From an uncultured Actinomycetes bacterium (GTDB lineage: Bacteria > Actinomycetota > Thermoleophilia > UBA2241): a stretch of 64,000 nt of DNA. Location of the stretch: assembly GCA_963709345.1 (NCBI GenBank), contig CAVPVX010000011.1, positions 192,001-256,000 on the forward strand. Reading direction: 5' to 3'. The notes under the pieces were generated by a model. The model saw only the letters and a program-made list of their open reading frames with translations. It was not told the origin of the DNA and made no database searches. Below, piece after piece: positions 19,794 through 31,753 of this stretch; position 1 is the stretch's first letter, and each line of letters begins with the position of its first letter. Made by a program: the position numbers and the translations under genes.

Positions 19794-21401
19794 ATGGGTA
19801 GCAGCACTGAACGGGCAGGAAGGCGCCGGCTGAAGCGTGGCCTGCGCGGCTTTGGATTGGCGGCGGGGCTGCTGCTGCTGGCTGCGGCGCCGGTACTCGC
19901 GGCAGTCGTGGGGCCGACGAGCAGCTCCAGCTACACCTTCGCTGCCGAGCGGGGCCCAGGGCGCCGCGGGGCACTGGCAGAACAGCACCCAGTCCGTCTC
20001 CGTCACGGCCACGCCCTCTGTCGACGCTACCGTGACGGCCCACTTCAGCGCCGACGGCGGCATCAGCTGGACGACGAGGTCTGCGGCGAACACGCAGACC
20101 GCGACGTGGAGCTTCGTGGTCGACGACGAGGGCTCGAACGCGATCAGGTACTTCGCGAGTGACTCGTCGGGCAACCCTGACGAAGCAATGCACTCTCCAG
20201 GCTTCGTGAACATCGACTTCACGGAGCCGACGATCACGGCGACGAGCCTCGAGACGACCTCGACGCAGAGCGAGGCGGCAGGCTGGTCGCAGGACACGAC
20301 CGGGACGGTCACCTTCACGGCTGCGGACCCGGTGCCGCCCTCGGGCGCCGAGACCTCAGGGCTGGAGCAGATCTCGCGCACCGTGAACGGCGGCGGTGCG
20401 GTCGTGACGACCGGGACCGCTACCGTGGACTACGAGTGGGTCAAGGGCGCCGCCGGCGTGGTCGAGGGCAGCAACGAGGTCACCTACTCGGCCAAGGACT
20501 GGGCCGGCAACAGCGTCAGCATGACCGGGTTCATCAACATCGACACGGTTGCCCCGACGACCACGCCGTCGCCGGCGCTGGCGTCCAGCCCCACGACGGG
20601 GTGGCGCAGCACCGAGGTGACGGTGACGCTCGAGCTGGCTGGACGTCTCGTCCGGTGTGCCGCCGCTGGGCACGGTCTACCGGCTGGGCGACGCCCTGAA
20701 TCCCACCGTCTACGTGAATCCGTTCGGGGTGAAGGTGGAGGGTTCGACCCGGCTGGAGTACTCGTCGTTCGACCGGGCCGGCAACCTCGAGGCCACGCAG
20801 ACCGCCTACGTGAACATCGACAAGAGCGTCCCGACCGCGAGCGCCACGACGACGCCGGCGGGCAACGACGGGTGGTACAAGACCGACGTCAAGGTGACGC
20901 TGGCGGGTAGCGGATCGCCCTCCGGCATCGCCAAGACCCAGTACCGGCCGGACGACGACCCGTCGCCGGCCTGGCAGGACGCGGCGAGCAACCAGTTCAC
21001 GGTATCGGCGGCCACAGAGCGGCTTCAAGACCTACGAGTATCGTGCGGTCAACGGGGCCGGCACGGCGAGCGCCGTCAAGAGCCTCGTGCTCAAGATGGA
21101 CACGGTCAGGCCGCGGGTCGTCGGCAAGAAGGCCTCCGGCAAGAGGAACAAGAGGATGACGCTCAAGTACCGGTTCACGGACAACCTCAGCCCCAAGATC
21201 AAGACCGTCTACGTCAAGATCACGAACTCCCGGGGCAAGGTCGTCTCCACGAAGCGGCTGGGGGCGGTCAAGAACGTGAAGAGGTGGTACTCCTTCACGT
21301 GGAAGACGAGCAAGAAGGGCACGTACAGGTACTACCTGCACGGCAGCGACCTCGCCGGTAACCGGTCTCAGACGAAGCCGGCGAAGATCAGGGTGAAGTG
21401 A
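19794..21401 (+). CDS. Secreted Ig-like repeat surface protein 2 (frameshifted)
   Basis: RBS GGAGG; signal peptide; Y.A.D..GN and NID...P repeats; basic C-terminal domain. Confidence 0.78.
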
Positions 21402-21463
21402 CCGGCGTAGCGAAGCCGGCGCCGGCCCGCTGACTCGGGCGTGCGCCGCCGGTGAAGAGCGGG

Positions 21464-21499
21464 GAGGGGCGGGGCGCCCGAAGGGGCTCCCCGCCCCTC
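21464..21499 (+). terminator. GC-rich hairpin
   Basis: GAGGGGCGGGG...CCCCGCCCCTC. Confidence 0.55.
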
Positions 21500-21592
21500 G
21501 CGCGTACGCGTGCGCCGAAGGACTGCTTGGGGCATCCGCGACGCGCGTAGTACACTACGGGCGACAGCACGATCCCCGGGGGGCCCGAAGCA

Positions 21593-23097
21593 GTGCGCAG
21601 CGGCAGTCGAACCAAGGTCGTCACCGTCATCGCGGCGGTGCTCGTGCTGTCGCTCGCCTGCGCCGCGCAGGCGCCCGCCGAGCCCTCGGCCGACAACCCG
21701 GCGCCGAGCATAAGCTCCCTGTCTCCGGCGGTGGCGGCCACCGGGGGCGCGGAGTTCACCCTGACGGTCACCGGTCTCGGCTTCGTCGCCGCCTCACAGG
21801 TGTACTGGAACGGCGAGGCGCGGCCCACCGTCTTCGTCTCGACCACGCAACTGCAGGCGCAGATCGCGGCCGGTGACATCGCCGCCGACCAGACGGCCGC
21901 CGTCACCGTCGTTCAACCCGGCGCCCGGCGGGGGCATGTCGCCGGCCGTGAGCTTCCGCGTCGCGGCGCTCGAGCCCGGTCCCGGAGATCACCGGTCTCA
22001 GCCCCGCGCAGGCGCTTGCGGGCGACACCGCCTTCGGCATCACCGTGATCGGCAGTGGGTTCGTGCCCGGCGCCGAGGTGTTGTGGAACGGGGAGGACCG
22101 CGCGACCGGGTACGTGAACTCATTCATGCTCGCGGCCACCATCCGCGCGAGCGACGTCGCCGAGGCCGGCACGGCCTACGTGAGCGTGGTCAACCCGCCG
22201 CCGGGCGGGGGGCAGTCGCTGGAGGCGCGCATCTTCACCATCGTCCACCCGGCGCCGACGCTCGAAGGGCTGGAACCGGCTTCGGTGTGGGCGGGAGGCT
22301 CGTCCTTCACGCTGGCCGTGAACGGGAGCCGGTTCGCGCCCGGCTCAGTCGTGCAGGTGGCCGGAGTGGATCTGCCCACCACCTTCGTCTCCGCTGAGCG
22401 CCTGGAAGCGCCGGTGCCCGCGGCTGCGATCGCCCACGCCGGGTCGCCCAGCGTGCGCGTGTTCACACCCGACCCCGGCGGGGGGCTGAGCGAGCCGGTG
22501 CTCCTGGCGGTCGAGGACGACCCGTATCCTACGGAGACCTCGGTGAGCGGGCTGGCCGGCGTCTGGTACCGCAAGACGGTCACCTTCACCCTGGTTGCGA
22601 CGGATGTCGGCCGGGGGGTGTGGAAGACCTTCTATCGCATCGGAGAGGCCGGCGACTACAAGGAGGGCACCACGGTCCGTGTACCCGCGCCCGCGAACCA
22701 CTCCAAGGACGGTCTCTACCTGGTGCGGTTCTACTCCGTCGACGAGGCGCTGAACTGGGAGCAGCCCAAGGAGGTGTCGGTAGGCATCGACACCCGGCGT
22801 CCCAAGACGTGCGTCACGTCCCGCACCGTGAAGAGGGGCGCCACGCTGCGCCCGCGCTACCGCGTCGACGACGCCCTGAGCTCGCGGGCGCGGGACGCGA
22901 CGCTGCGGGTCACGAACAAGGCCGGCAAGGTCGTACTGCGCTGCTACCTCGGGCGGCCGCTCACGCGCAGGTGGCGCACGGGCGCGGGGTGCAAAGTGAC
23001 CTTGCCGCGCGGCACCTACAAGATGCGCGTCTTCGCTCACGACCTCGCAGGCAACCCGCAGGGCGGCATCCGGTCGGGGACTCTGAAGGTCTACTAG
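21593..23097 (+). CDS. Secreted IPT/TIG-repeat surface protein 3 (frameshifted near 21.9-22.0 kb)
   Basis: Signal peptide; three P.I..LSP...F.L.V.G..F...V.NP.PGGG repeats; basic C-terminal domain. Confidence 0.8.
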
Positions 23098-23227
23098 AGG
23101 GTCAGCTTCGAGTCTCCGCACCCGGCCGTGGCGGCGCCTCCGCGCAGGGGCTAGAATCACGGTCGTGTACACGCCGCAGGGGCAGGCTTCCTGCCCGATC
23201 CCGCCGACAGTGAGCAGGGCGCACCAC

Positions 23228-25114
23228 GTGCTGAAGCGAGTCTGGGAGTACCTGAACGAGTTCCTGCGCATCAACGCCATCAGGCGGATGCTGGCGATCG
23301 TCGACGTCAAGGCATCCGAGATCGGCGGGCTTGTCGGACTCGCAGTGCTCTTCGCCGTCTTCGAGGGCATCGGCCTCTCGCTGCTGCTGCCGATACTGCA
23401 GTACGCCGACGGCGGTCAGACGGCGATCATCGAGAGCTCGGGCTTCGTCTGGCAGGCGATCGCGTCGTTCATGGACCTCTTCGACCTGCCCATCACGCTC
23501 CCCGTGCTGCTGGTGCTCGCCTTCATCCCCATCCTGATGCGCCAGGCGGTATTTTACGTCAACGCCTGGTACTCGGCTGTGGTCTCGACGCGTATCGGCC
23601 TGCGGCTGCGGATGCAGACGCTCGATCGCGTGCTGGACGCCGACCCCGCGTTCTTCTCTCACCATTCGATCGGGCATCTGGTGAGCATCATCCTGACCCA
23701 GACGGCGGTGGGCAGCAGCGCCATCCTCGCCGTCATCAGGCTGCTCTCCATCGCGCTGCTCATGCTCGTCTACGTCGCGATCCTCCTGGCGCTCTCGGTG
23801 CCGCTCACGTTCAGCATCCTGCTGTTTGCCGTCGTGGTGTCGCTGGCGATCCGGGCGAACATCGCTCACATCCGGGAGTACGGTACCGTGACCGCCAAGG
23901 TCACGCAGGAGGTCTGGATCACGCTCGTCGAGCGCGTCGGGATGATCCGGCTCATCAAGCTGCGCGACCAGAAGGCGGCCGAGTCGGCGCGGATCCGGAC
24001 GTTCCTGGACAGGCTCCGGGCGGTCGACGTGCGCCAGGCCCGCCTGGGGGCGAACATCGAGGTGACGGCAGATCCCTTGCTCATGCTCTCGGCGTTCGTC
24101 ACGCTCTACATCGGCATCGCCGTTCTGGGCATGACGCTGCCCCAGCTGGGGCTGCTGCTCTTCGTGCTCAACCGCATGAACGCCAAGGTCAAGGAGTTCA
24201 ACGCCGGCCGCCAGGCGATCTCGCAGAACATGGCCGGCCTGCTGCTCGTCAACGAGCTGGCGCACGACGCCGCCGCCGCGAACACCATCGGCCGGGGCGC
24301 TCTGCCGTTCGGCGGTCTCGAGCGTGAGATCGTGCTCGATGACGTCACGTTCGAGTATCCCGACGACGCGGCGCCCGGCGCCCCGGTGGCCGCCGGGGAT
24401 GGGGCACCCGACCCGGAGGCCGCCGCCGACGGCCGGGTCGTGCTCAAGGGCGTCACGCTCTCGATCCCCGCCGGGTCGTTCACGGCGCTGGTCGGTCGCT
24501 CGGGCGCGGGCAAGTCCACGCTGGTCGAGCTCCTCCCTCGCCTGCGGGACGCGACCAGCGGCAGCATCACCCTCGACGGCACCGACATCCGGGCGTTCGA
24601 CGTGGGCACGCTGCGCAGGGGGGTCGGCTACCTCACCCAGGACGCCATGCTGTTCAACGACACCGTGCGCGAGAACCTGGTGTACGGGCTCGGGTCCGAG
24701 CCGTCGGACGAACAGATCCGCGACGCGCTGGAAGGCGCCCACGCGGGGTTCGTCCTCGACCTGCCGAACGGGCTCGAGACCAAGCTCGGCGACCGCGGTG
24801 TGCGGTTCTCCGGAGGCGAGCAGCAGCGCATCGCGCTGGCGCGCGTGCTGCTCGAGGACACATCGATCCTCATTCTCGACGAGCCCACCAGCGCCCTCGA
24901 CTCGGAGTCCGAGCAGTACATCCAGGATGCGCTCGCCCGGCTGCACGGGCGCAAGACCATCATCGTCATCGCGCACCGCCTGGCGACCGTCATCCAGGCG
25001 GACCAGCTCCTGGTGATCGAGGAGGGGCGCATCGCGGAGCGCGGCACGCACGACGAGCTCGTCGCTCAGGCCGGCGCGTACCACAAGCTCTTCCAGAGCC
25101 AGTTGCTGGGCTGA
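23228..25114 (+). CDS. ABC exporter, fused permease/ATPase (MsbA/PglK-like, candidate glycan flippase)
   Basis: N-terminal TM helices, GRSGAGKS, FSGGEQQR, ILDEPTSALD, IAHRL; start could be 23165. Confidence 0.9.
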   Translation: MLKRVWEYLNEFLRINAIRRMLAIVDVKASEIGGLVGLAVLFAVFEGIGLSLLLPILQYADGGQTAIIESSGFVWQAIASFMDLFDLPITLPVLLVLAFIPILMRQAVFYVNAWYSAVVSTRIGLRLRMQTLDRVLDADPAFFSHHSIGHLVSIILTQTAVGSSAILAVIRLLSIALLMLVYVAILLALSVPLTFSILLFAVVVSLAIRANIAHIREYGTVTAKVTQEVWITLVERVGMIRLIKLRDQKAAESARIRTFLDRLRAVDVRQARLGANIEVTADPLLMLSAFVTLYIGIAVLGMTLPQLGLLLFVLNRMNAKVKEFNAGRQAISQNMAGLLLVNELAHDAAAANTIGRGALPFGGLEREIVLDDVTFEYPDDAAPGAPVAAGDGAPDPEAAADGRVVLKGVTLSIPAGSFTALVGRSGAGKSTLVELLPRLRDATSGSITLDGTDIRAFDVGTLRRGVGYLTQDAMLFNDTVRENLVYGLGSEPSDEQIRDALEGAHAGFVLDLPNGLETKLGDRGVRFSGGEQQRIALARVLLEDTSILILDEPTSALDSESEQYIQDALARLHGRKTIIVIAHRLATVIQADQLLVIEEGRIAERGTHDELVAQAGAYHKLFQSQLLG

Positions 25115-25224
25115 CGGCCGCGGGCCCGGCTGGGCAGGCGGTCGCGGCTGTTGCGGAACCCCCTCAGAACCGCTAGGTTCCGTTTGCTTGGAGGACGTGA
25201 TTCGGCACTCTGGAGGCGCCGGCG

Positions 25225-26265
25225 GTGACAGCCCGAGACGGCGGAAAGAGGATGGCGCGGTGGCTCGTTCAGGAATCCCTGCTGTCCACCCCTCTTCATC
25301 GGTTCCTGGCGAAGGTCTTTCGAGTCACGGCCTTCACCGGAGCAGGAAGCGACATCTGCCTGCGAGAGGGGTACCTTCCGATTCCCATCCACTTCTATTC
25401 GCCCGTACCGGACATTGCCGACCTGCAGGCCCGAAGCGTCTGGGACAAGCGCAGCCTGATGGCCGGGATCGACTTCCGTGAGGCTGCACAGGAGCAGCTT
25501 CTTGCTCGGTTGGGGGCGGCGCATGGAGACGAGTGCCTCTGGCCGTTCGACTCCGTCGGCGATCCGGCGCAGTTCTATCTGAACAACCAGTCGTTCAGCT
25601 TCGGCTGCGCCGCCGCCACCCACTGCGTGATCCGTCGGTTCCAGCCTCGCTTGGTGATCGAGATCGGCTCCGGCCAGTCCTCCCGCGTGATCGCTGCAGC
25701 GATGCAGCGCAACCGGGTCGACAATGGCGTCTCGGGACGCCACATCATCGTGGATCCTTACCCGGAGCAGGTCTTGCGCGGAGAGGCCTTCCCCTCGACC
25801 ACAGTGATCTCCGAGCGGGTGGAGCTGGCGGATGCGTCCCTGTTCTCGGCGCTCGGCGAAGGGGACATCCTCTTCATCGACTCGGGCCATACAGTCAGGA
25901 TCGGCGGCGACGTGAACTCCCTGTTCCTGGATGTGCTACCTGGACTGGCGCCCGGTGTCATCGTCCACGTTCACGACATCGCCCTGCCGTTCGAGTATCC
26001 AAAGGCGTACGCGACCAACGAGAGCTTCCGGCAGTTCTGGACCGAGCAGTACCTGCTTCAGGCGTTCCTCTGTTTCAACCGGGAGTTCGAGATCCTGTTG
26101 GCGATGAACTGGCTCATGGTGGAGCGCATGGGGCTGGTGCGCGCCGCGTTCCCGCACTATGACCCGGCGGTCCACCCGTTCCTCAGTGGCAGCTTCTGGA
26201 TGCGCCGGGCGCCCGCGGGCGGGGCGGTCCCGAGCGGGGGGCGAAGCACGGCAAGCTCCGCGTAG
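25225..26265 (+). CDS. Class I SAM-dependent methyltransferase (Methyltransf_24-like)
   Basis: HFYSPVPD, IEIGSGQSS, ILFIDSGH, VHVHDI, WTEQYLLQAFL. Confidence 0.85.
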   Translation: MTARDGGKRMARWLVQESLLSTPLHRFLAKVFRVTAFTGAGSDICLREGYLPIPIHFYSPVPDIADLQARSVWDKRSLMAGIDFREAAQEQLLARLGAAHGDECLWPFDSVGDPAQFYLNNQSFSFGCAAATHCVIRRFQPRLVIEIGSGQSSRVIAAAMQRNRVDNGVSGRHIIVDPYPEQVLRGEAFPSTTVISERVELADASLFSALGEGDILFIDSGHTVRIGGDVNSLFLDVLPGLAPGVIVHVHDIALPFEYPKAYATNESFRQFWTEQYLLQAFLCFNREFEILLAMNWLMVERMGLVRAAFPHYDPAVHPFLSGSFWMRRAPAGGAVPSGGRSTASSA

Positions 26266-27383
26266 AGACCCACGTAGCCCTCGACCATCTGGTCGAGGGC
26301 GAAACGCTCCTCGACCCGCTGCGCGCCCGCGGCGGCAAGAGAGCGCGCCAGGGCGGGGTCGCCCAGGAGGCGGCGTACCGCGCCGGCAATGGCCCCCGCA
26401 TCGCCCGGCGGCGCGAGCAGGCCCGTCACGCCGTCGAGCACGACCTCGGGCAAGCCGCCCACTCGTGAGGCCACGACGGGTACGTTCAGCGCCAGCGCTT
26501 CGATGGCGGTGAGTCCGGACGCCTCCGACAGCGAGGGGACGACCACCACGTCGAGCGCGGCCAGGAGCCCCGGCGCCGACTCCACGTAGCCGACGAAGTC
26601 GACGGTGTCCCCGAGGCCCAACTCGGCGGCGAGCGCGCGTAACTCGCCGGCGCGGGATCCCGTGCCGGCCACCACGAAGCGCGCGTCGGGATGGTCTGCC
26701 GCCAGCAGCGCCGCGGCGCGGATGAAGAACTCGCATCCCTTGACCTTCTCCAGGCGCCCGACGAAGCCGACGCGCCTGCTCGTCTCTGCAAGCGTGACGC
26801 AGGCGTCGCGCGAGGCCGTCTCTCGGAGCGCGGCAGTGTCGACGCCGTTGGGAATCACCACGATCCGGCTAGGGTCGACACCGTCGGCCGTCAGGCCGTT
26901 GCCGACAGCCTCCGAGACGGCCACGAAGCGGGCCACGGTCCTTCGGCTCGCACGATTGAGCAATGCCCGCACCGCTGCCTGCGTGGCTGGTTCACCATCC
27001 AGGCGTGCGGCCCCGGGGACGACGTGGACCGTGTTGACCACCGGGGCGTGGGTGCGGGCGCCGACCCGCCGCGCGATCAGATCGGTCAGAAAGCCCGTGC
27101 CCTGGACGATCTGGGCGCTCTTGAGCTTCGCCGCCAGAGCAGCGGTGAGCGACATCACGGATCGAGGCGCGAAGTCGACGGGGAGGACGACGACTCCCCG
27201 AAGCGCGCGCGCCTCGCGCTCCAGCGCCGAGCCCGCCGCGCAGACCACGACGGGCCTGACGCCGGCGGCCGGCAGCCTGCCGGAGCAGAGCGAGCAGCTG
27301 CACCTCGCCACCGCCCAGGGTGGGCCCGGGGAAGTTGTTGATGACGGCCAGCGCGATGTCCGCCGGGCGGGCGCGCTCGGCAC
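26157..27383 (-). CDS. GT4 glycosyltransferase (5' end frameshifted, possibly fused to the upstream GT2)
   Basis: GGGEVQL, VIPNGVD, VGRLEKVKG, PSLSEASGLTAIEA, VGGLPEVV. Confidence 0.82.
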   Translation of the reverse strand: MPSAPARRTSRWPSSTTSPGPPWAVARCSCSLCSGRLPAAGVRPVVVCAAGSALEREARALRGVVVLPVDFAPRSVMSLTAALAAKLKSAQIVQGTGFLTDLIARRVGARTHAPVVNTVHVVPGAARLDGEPATQAAVRALLNRASRRTVARFVAVSEAVGNGLTADGVDPSRIVVIPNGVDTAALRETASRDACVTLAETSRRVGFVGRLEKVKGCEFFIRAAALLAADHPDARFVVAGTGSRAGELRALAAELGLGDTVDFVGYVESAPGLLAALDVVVVPSLSEASGLTAIEALALNVPVVASRVGGLPEVVLDGVTGLLAPPGDAGAIAGAVRRLLGDPALARSLAAAGAQRVEERFALDQMVEGYVGLYAELAVLRPPLGTAPPAGARRIQKLPLRNGWTAGS

Positions 27384-28270
27384 GGTCCGCCCGCGCGTCT
27401 GGTGAGGCTCGCGACCACGCTCGCACGCGGCGCACGCGGCGAGCATCCGTTCGAGCGTCCGCGGGACCGATGGCTCCGGCCAGTGCCCTCCTCGTGCCGG
27501 ATGCTCCGCCGGAGCCGCACCGCCGATGTCGCGCCGGCGGCGAGCTGCGCCTCGGAGAGCAGGCCGGTGCCCATGACCTCGGTGACCACGCGCAGGTCGG
27601 TCTCGCGCATCAGGAGTGCATCGGCCGACTTCTGCGCCTCGGTGCGCCGATGCACGGACAGCGGCCGCGGGATGTGCCGGTGCCTGTGACCGTGGGCGAG
27701 CGCGAGCAGCCAGAACAGGTAGTCCTCGGCGTAGATGCCTTCGCGGAAGCCGCCGACGGCGTCGAACACCGCGCGCCTGTACACCGCGCCCACGCCGTAG
27801 AAGCAGGCGTCGAGCAGTTCCTCCAGGGTGCAGCCGGCCGGATCGGCCCAGCGCGCTCTGCGGCCGTGCGGCCTCGCGTCGCCCGTCGTCGTACTCGTAC
27901 CAGCCATCGGACGTGAAGACCGAGGCGCCGGGGTCGTCGCGGATGCAGGCGTCGAACGTGGCCAGATGACCGGGGAGCAGCAGGTCGTCGGCGGAGAGCA
28001 TCACGAGGAGCTCACCGCGGGCGCTGCGCACCGCGGTGTTGTAGGCGCCGCCGGAACCGCGGTTCTCCTGCGAGACGACGCGGATCCGCGAATCCGTCGC
28101 CGGGCCAGTCGCTCGGCCACGGCGCGGGTCTCGTCGGTGGAACCGTCGTCGACGATGACGATCTCCCAGTCGGTGAAGGTCTGCGCCAGCACCGACTCGA
28201 CGGTCTCGGCCAGCGTCGCCCGGGCGTTGTAGGCCGGGATCGTGACCGAGAAACGCGGCCTACCGGCCAT
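27384..28270 (-). CDS. GT2 glycosyltransferase (frameshifted, 3' end uncertain)
   Basis: FSVTIPAYNA, VDDGSTD, LSADD, EDYLFWL. Confidence 0.8.
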
Positions 28271-30490
28271 CGAGCACGCTCCGGTACACCTCGAGGATCT
28301 GCGCGGCCACCACGTCGGGGGCGAAACGCTCGACGGCGTAGCCGGTGGAGCGCGATCCGGGTCGAACTCGCGGAAGTGATCCAGCATCCAGTCGAGTCCC
28401 TCCAGCGAGGGCCTCCACGCTGCCCGCCTCGATGAGCCGGCCGACATCCGCCGTGACGAACTCCTCGGGCCCTCCGCAGCGCGTCGAGAGCACCGGGCGC
28501 CCGCACATGAGCGACTCCGCGGCCGCCACCGAGAAGGTCTCGTGCGTGCTGCTGACCACCGAGAAGGCCGAGTCGGCCAGGAGCGCGGGGACCTCGGCGG
28601 CCGGCACACGACCGGTGAACTCCACGACGCCGCCGAGCTCGGAGCGCGGCCGCCATCCGCTCCAGTTCGGCTCGCGACTCGCCGTCTCCGATGAGGCGCA
28701 GCACGAAGTCCGTGCGCCGCCGGCGCAAGCGGTCGACGGCCTGGAGCAGCGCGCCCAGGTTCTTCGCCGGCCCCATGATCGAGACGTGGGCGATCGCATG
28801 CCGCTCGGCGACGGGTGGCGGGACAGGTTCCGTCACCGGCACCACATTGGGGATGACCACCGGCTCCACGGCCAGACCGAGCTCCGTCAGGCGCTCGGCC
28901 AGGAACCGGCTCACGACGATCGTGCGCGACGCGCCCCGCGCGAGCGGACGCAGCAGGAAGCGCACCACGCCGGGAGTCCTCACCAGACGTCGCTCGCTCG
29001 CGGCCAGATACTCCTCGGAGTGCTCGGTGACCACGTAGGGGATGCCGTAGCGACGCTTGATCGCGCAGGCGATCAAGCCGGCCGGCCAGAGCGCCTGCAC
29101 GTGGACGATGTCCGGGGCGCCCCGGACAGTCGCGCAGGATCTCGAAGGCGGCCAGGCCGACGCGCGGATAGCGATAGAGCTTGTTGAAGAGATTGGTGGC
29201 CACCGCCCGCGCGCGCCCGGGGACCGTGCGCGAGACGGGGGGCATCTTGAGCTGAGCGCGCACGACGGTGCTTGCCCCCTCGCTCGTCGCGCGCGGCCTC
29301 AGCCCCTCCTCGGCCTCCCGCACGTACACCACGGCGATCCCGGCTCGCTCTTCGAGCGCCTCCACCTGCTGCTGGATGAAGATGCCCGCCGTCGGCTGCT
29401 CGAGGCTCGGATACCAGCTCGGGATGACGAGGACCTTCAAGGCGCCATCGAGCGAGGACCGGTCGAGCGCGAGGGTCCGCTGGCTCACACGATCCTGGTG
29501 GTTCTCCAGCCTCGCGTCGAGCGCCCTGTACGCCAGTATCCGCGCGAGCGATCGGCGGATGGGCCTGGCAGCAGTCGTCACGCTCCGCAGGTGGGAGAGC
29601 GCGGCGCTTGCGCCTGGTTCTCCGAGACACCTCTCGAGGGTCCTCCGCAACCAGACCGCCTGCCGGGCGAGCGCCTGGTCGTCCGCATCGCCCAGTAGCC
29701 AGCGCCGCCGACGCGCGAGGGCCTGCTCGGTCCTCGAGACCATCGCCGGCGGGACCATGCCCTGCTTCAGGAGATCGTCGAGCGACCCGACGACGGCCAT
29801 CGCCCCTTCCCGTCCATCGTCGTTGCGCGGCTCGGGACGATCGAGGTGGTACACGTACAACTCCTCGGGCAAGTACAGGGCCCGCATCCCGCGTGCCGTC
29901 GCCCGCAGCCAGAGGTCGTAGTCCTGGGCGCGCACCATGGGGCGGAAGCCGCCCAGATCATCGAAGCGCGTGCGCTTGATCAGCGTCCCGCCGGCGGCGA
30001 TGACGCATTTGTCCAGGAGGTCCTCGAAGCCGAACGAGCAGACGTCAAGACGAGCGCAGAATGGCGACACCGTCCCGTCCTCGGCGACGACGGTGAGGTT
30101 CGGATGGTAGATGTCGAACCCGGGATGCCGGCTGATGAACGCGCGCATGGCGCGAAGGTAGTGCGGGTCCAGCTCGTCATCAGCGTCGAGGAAGCCGACG
30201 AACTCGGTGTCGCTCCTCGCCACGCCGTTGTTGCGGCCCTTTCCGACGCCGAGCTTCTCCTGTACGACCACCTCGATCCGTGCGTCGCGCGCCGCATAGC
30301 GGCGGGCGACGGCCGCGGTCTCGTCGGTGGAGCCATCATCGACGACGACGAGGCGCCAATCCGGGCAGCTCTGGGCGAGGACTGAATCGATGGCCCTGCC
30401 GAGGGTGTTCTCCTCGTTGTGGGCGCAGATCACGATCGCGTAGAGGGGGGCCGTCGAGTCGCCGCACGCGCCGGTCGGTGCGCCCATCAT
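28260..30490 (-). CDS. GT2-GT4 fusion glycosyltransferase (GT4 part frameshifted)
   Basis: GT2 motifs VDDGSTD, FLDADD, QDYDLWLR continue in frame into GT4 LVIPSWYP; later VVTEHS and ETFSVAAAES. Confidence 0.82.
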
Positions 30491-31380
30491 GTGACTCTGC
30501 GGCCGACGATGGATCGGAGCTGCTCGAGGAGTTGCCGGGCGCGCCGCTCACCAAGCAGCCACGCCGCCGTGCTCATGGCGGCGGCCTGCCTCTTCGGCGT
30601 CAGAAGACGCGGAGGTCTTGCGATTTGGGCGAGCAGTCGCTCGCGCTCCCGGATGCACTCGTCGACGGCGCGAACGTCCTCGGGGCCAAGCGCGAAGTCG
30701 CGCCGCAGATCGGAGACGAGGCGGATGTCGGAACGATAGGCGGCCACCAGGTTCGCTGATTTCTGGCCGGGGCTCACCCGGTGAAGCGAGAGGGGCTCCG
30801 GGAGGTAGCGGTGTCGTGCGCCCCCCGCCATCGCCCTGAGCCAGAAGTCGTAGTCCTCGCCGAACACTCCCACCCGGTAGCCGCCGACCGCGTCGAACAA
30901 CTCCCGCCTGTACGTGGCGCCGACGCCGTAGAAGCAGTTGCCGATCACATCGGCGAGCGACAGGGACTCCGGGATCGCCTCCGGGGGGTAGACCTCTCGG
31001 CGGGAGCCGTCCGGGTGCAGATAGTAGCCGTTGCACGAGTAGATGTCGTAGCCGCCGACATCGACCGCGCGCGCCATCCCGGCCAGATGCTGCGGCAGCA
31101 GGATGTCGTCGGCGGAGCACAGCACGACGTAGTCCCCCTCGGCCAGGGCCACGCCGGTGTTGTACGCGCCGGCAGACCCCCTGTTCGCCTGAGACACGAC
31201 TCGGACGCGCGCATCGCGCGCCGCGAACGACGCGGCGATCACCGGCGTGTCGTCGTCCGAGCCGTCGTCGACGACGACGCACTCCCAGTCGTCCCATTCC
31301 TGATCCAGGACGGCGTCGAGTGTGTCGGCGAGGGTCTCCTGAGCATTGAAGGCAGGGACGACGATGGAAAACCGCGGCAT
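30487..31380 (-). CDS. GT2 glycosyltransferase
   Basis: FSIVVPAFNA, VDDGSDD, CSADD, EDYDFWLR. Confidence 0.9.
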   Translation of the reverse strand: MPRFSIVVPAFNAQETLADTLDAVLDQEWDDWECVVVDDGSDDDTPVIAASFAARDARVRVVSQANRGSAGAYNTGVALAEGDYVVLCSADDILLPQHLAGMARAVDVGGYDIYSCNGYYLHPDGSRREVYPPEAIPESLSLADVIGNCFYGVGATYRRELFDAVGGYRVGVFGEDYDFWLRAMAGGARHRYLPEPLSLHRVSPGQKSANLVAAYRSDIRLVSDLRRDFALGPEDVRAVDECIRERERLLAQIARPPRLLTPKRQAAAMSTAAWLLGERRARQLLEQLRSIVGRRVT

Positions 31381-31441
31381 GGAGCTCCCGTGTCGGTGCG
31401 GGCGTCCCAAGAGCTTGGACGCTTCTTCCTCCCGATAGAAT

Positions 31442-31753
31442 ATGCTAGGCGACGTGGCCGCGGATCGGGATACGCCTCACCAGCGAACGAGACCCGGACA
31501 GGATCCCGCAAGCGCTGATCCTGCCCGCCACCCTGTCGACGACATCGACTACTCCACTCCGGAAGCCCAGCGCGCCTTGATGTGGGCATCGCAGATGCTC
31601 CTGGAGGTCCGTCGCGAGTATGTCAAGTCGGCGTCTCGGAAGATAGCGCTCTACGAGCGCTCGCTGGGTCTGGCGGTCATCCCGGTGTTGCTGCGCAGAG
31701 GCGTGATCGTCCTGGCCAGGAAGGCGCGCCGCGGGCCTCGCGGCCTCTCGTGA
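31442..31753 (+). CDS. Small hypothetical protein
   Basis: 103-aa ORF whose stop overlaps the next GTG; start uncertain. Confidence 0.45.
   Translation: MLGDVAADRDTPHQRTRPGQDPASADPARHPVDDIDYSTPEAQRALMWASQMLLEVRREYVKSASRKIALYERSLGLAVIPVLLRRGVIVLARKARRGPRGLS

Noticed and set aside
19300-23097. Type IX secretion C-terminal domains
   Set aside because: Only a superficial pattern resemblance; no T9SS or outer-membrane genes here, and the domains are far more basic
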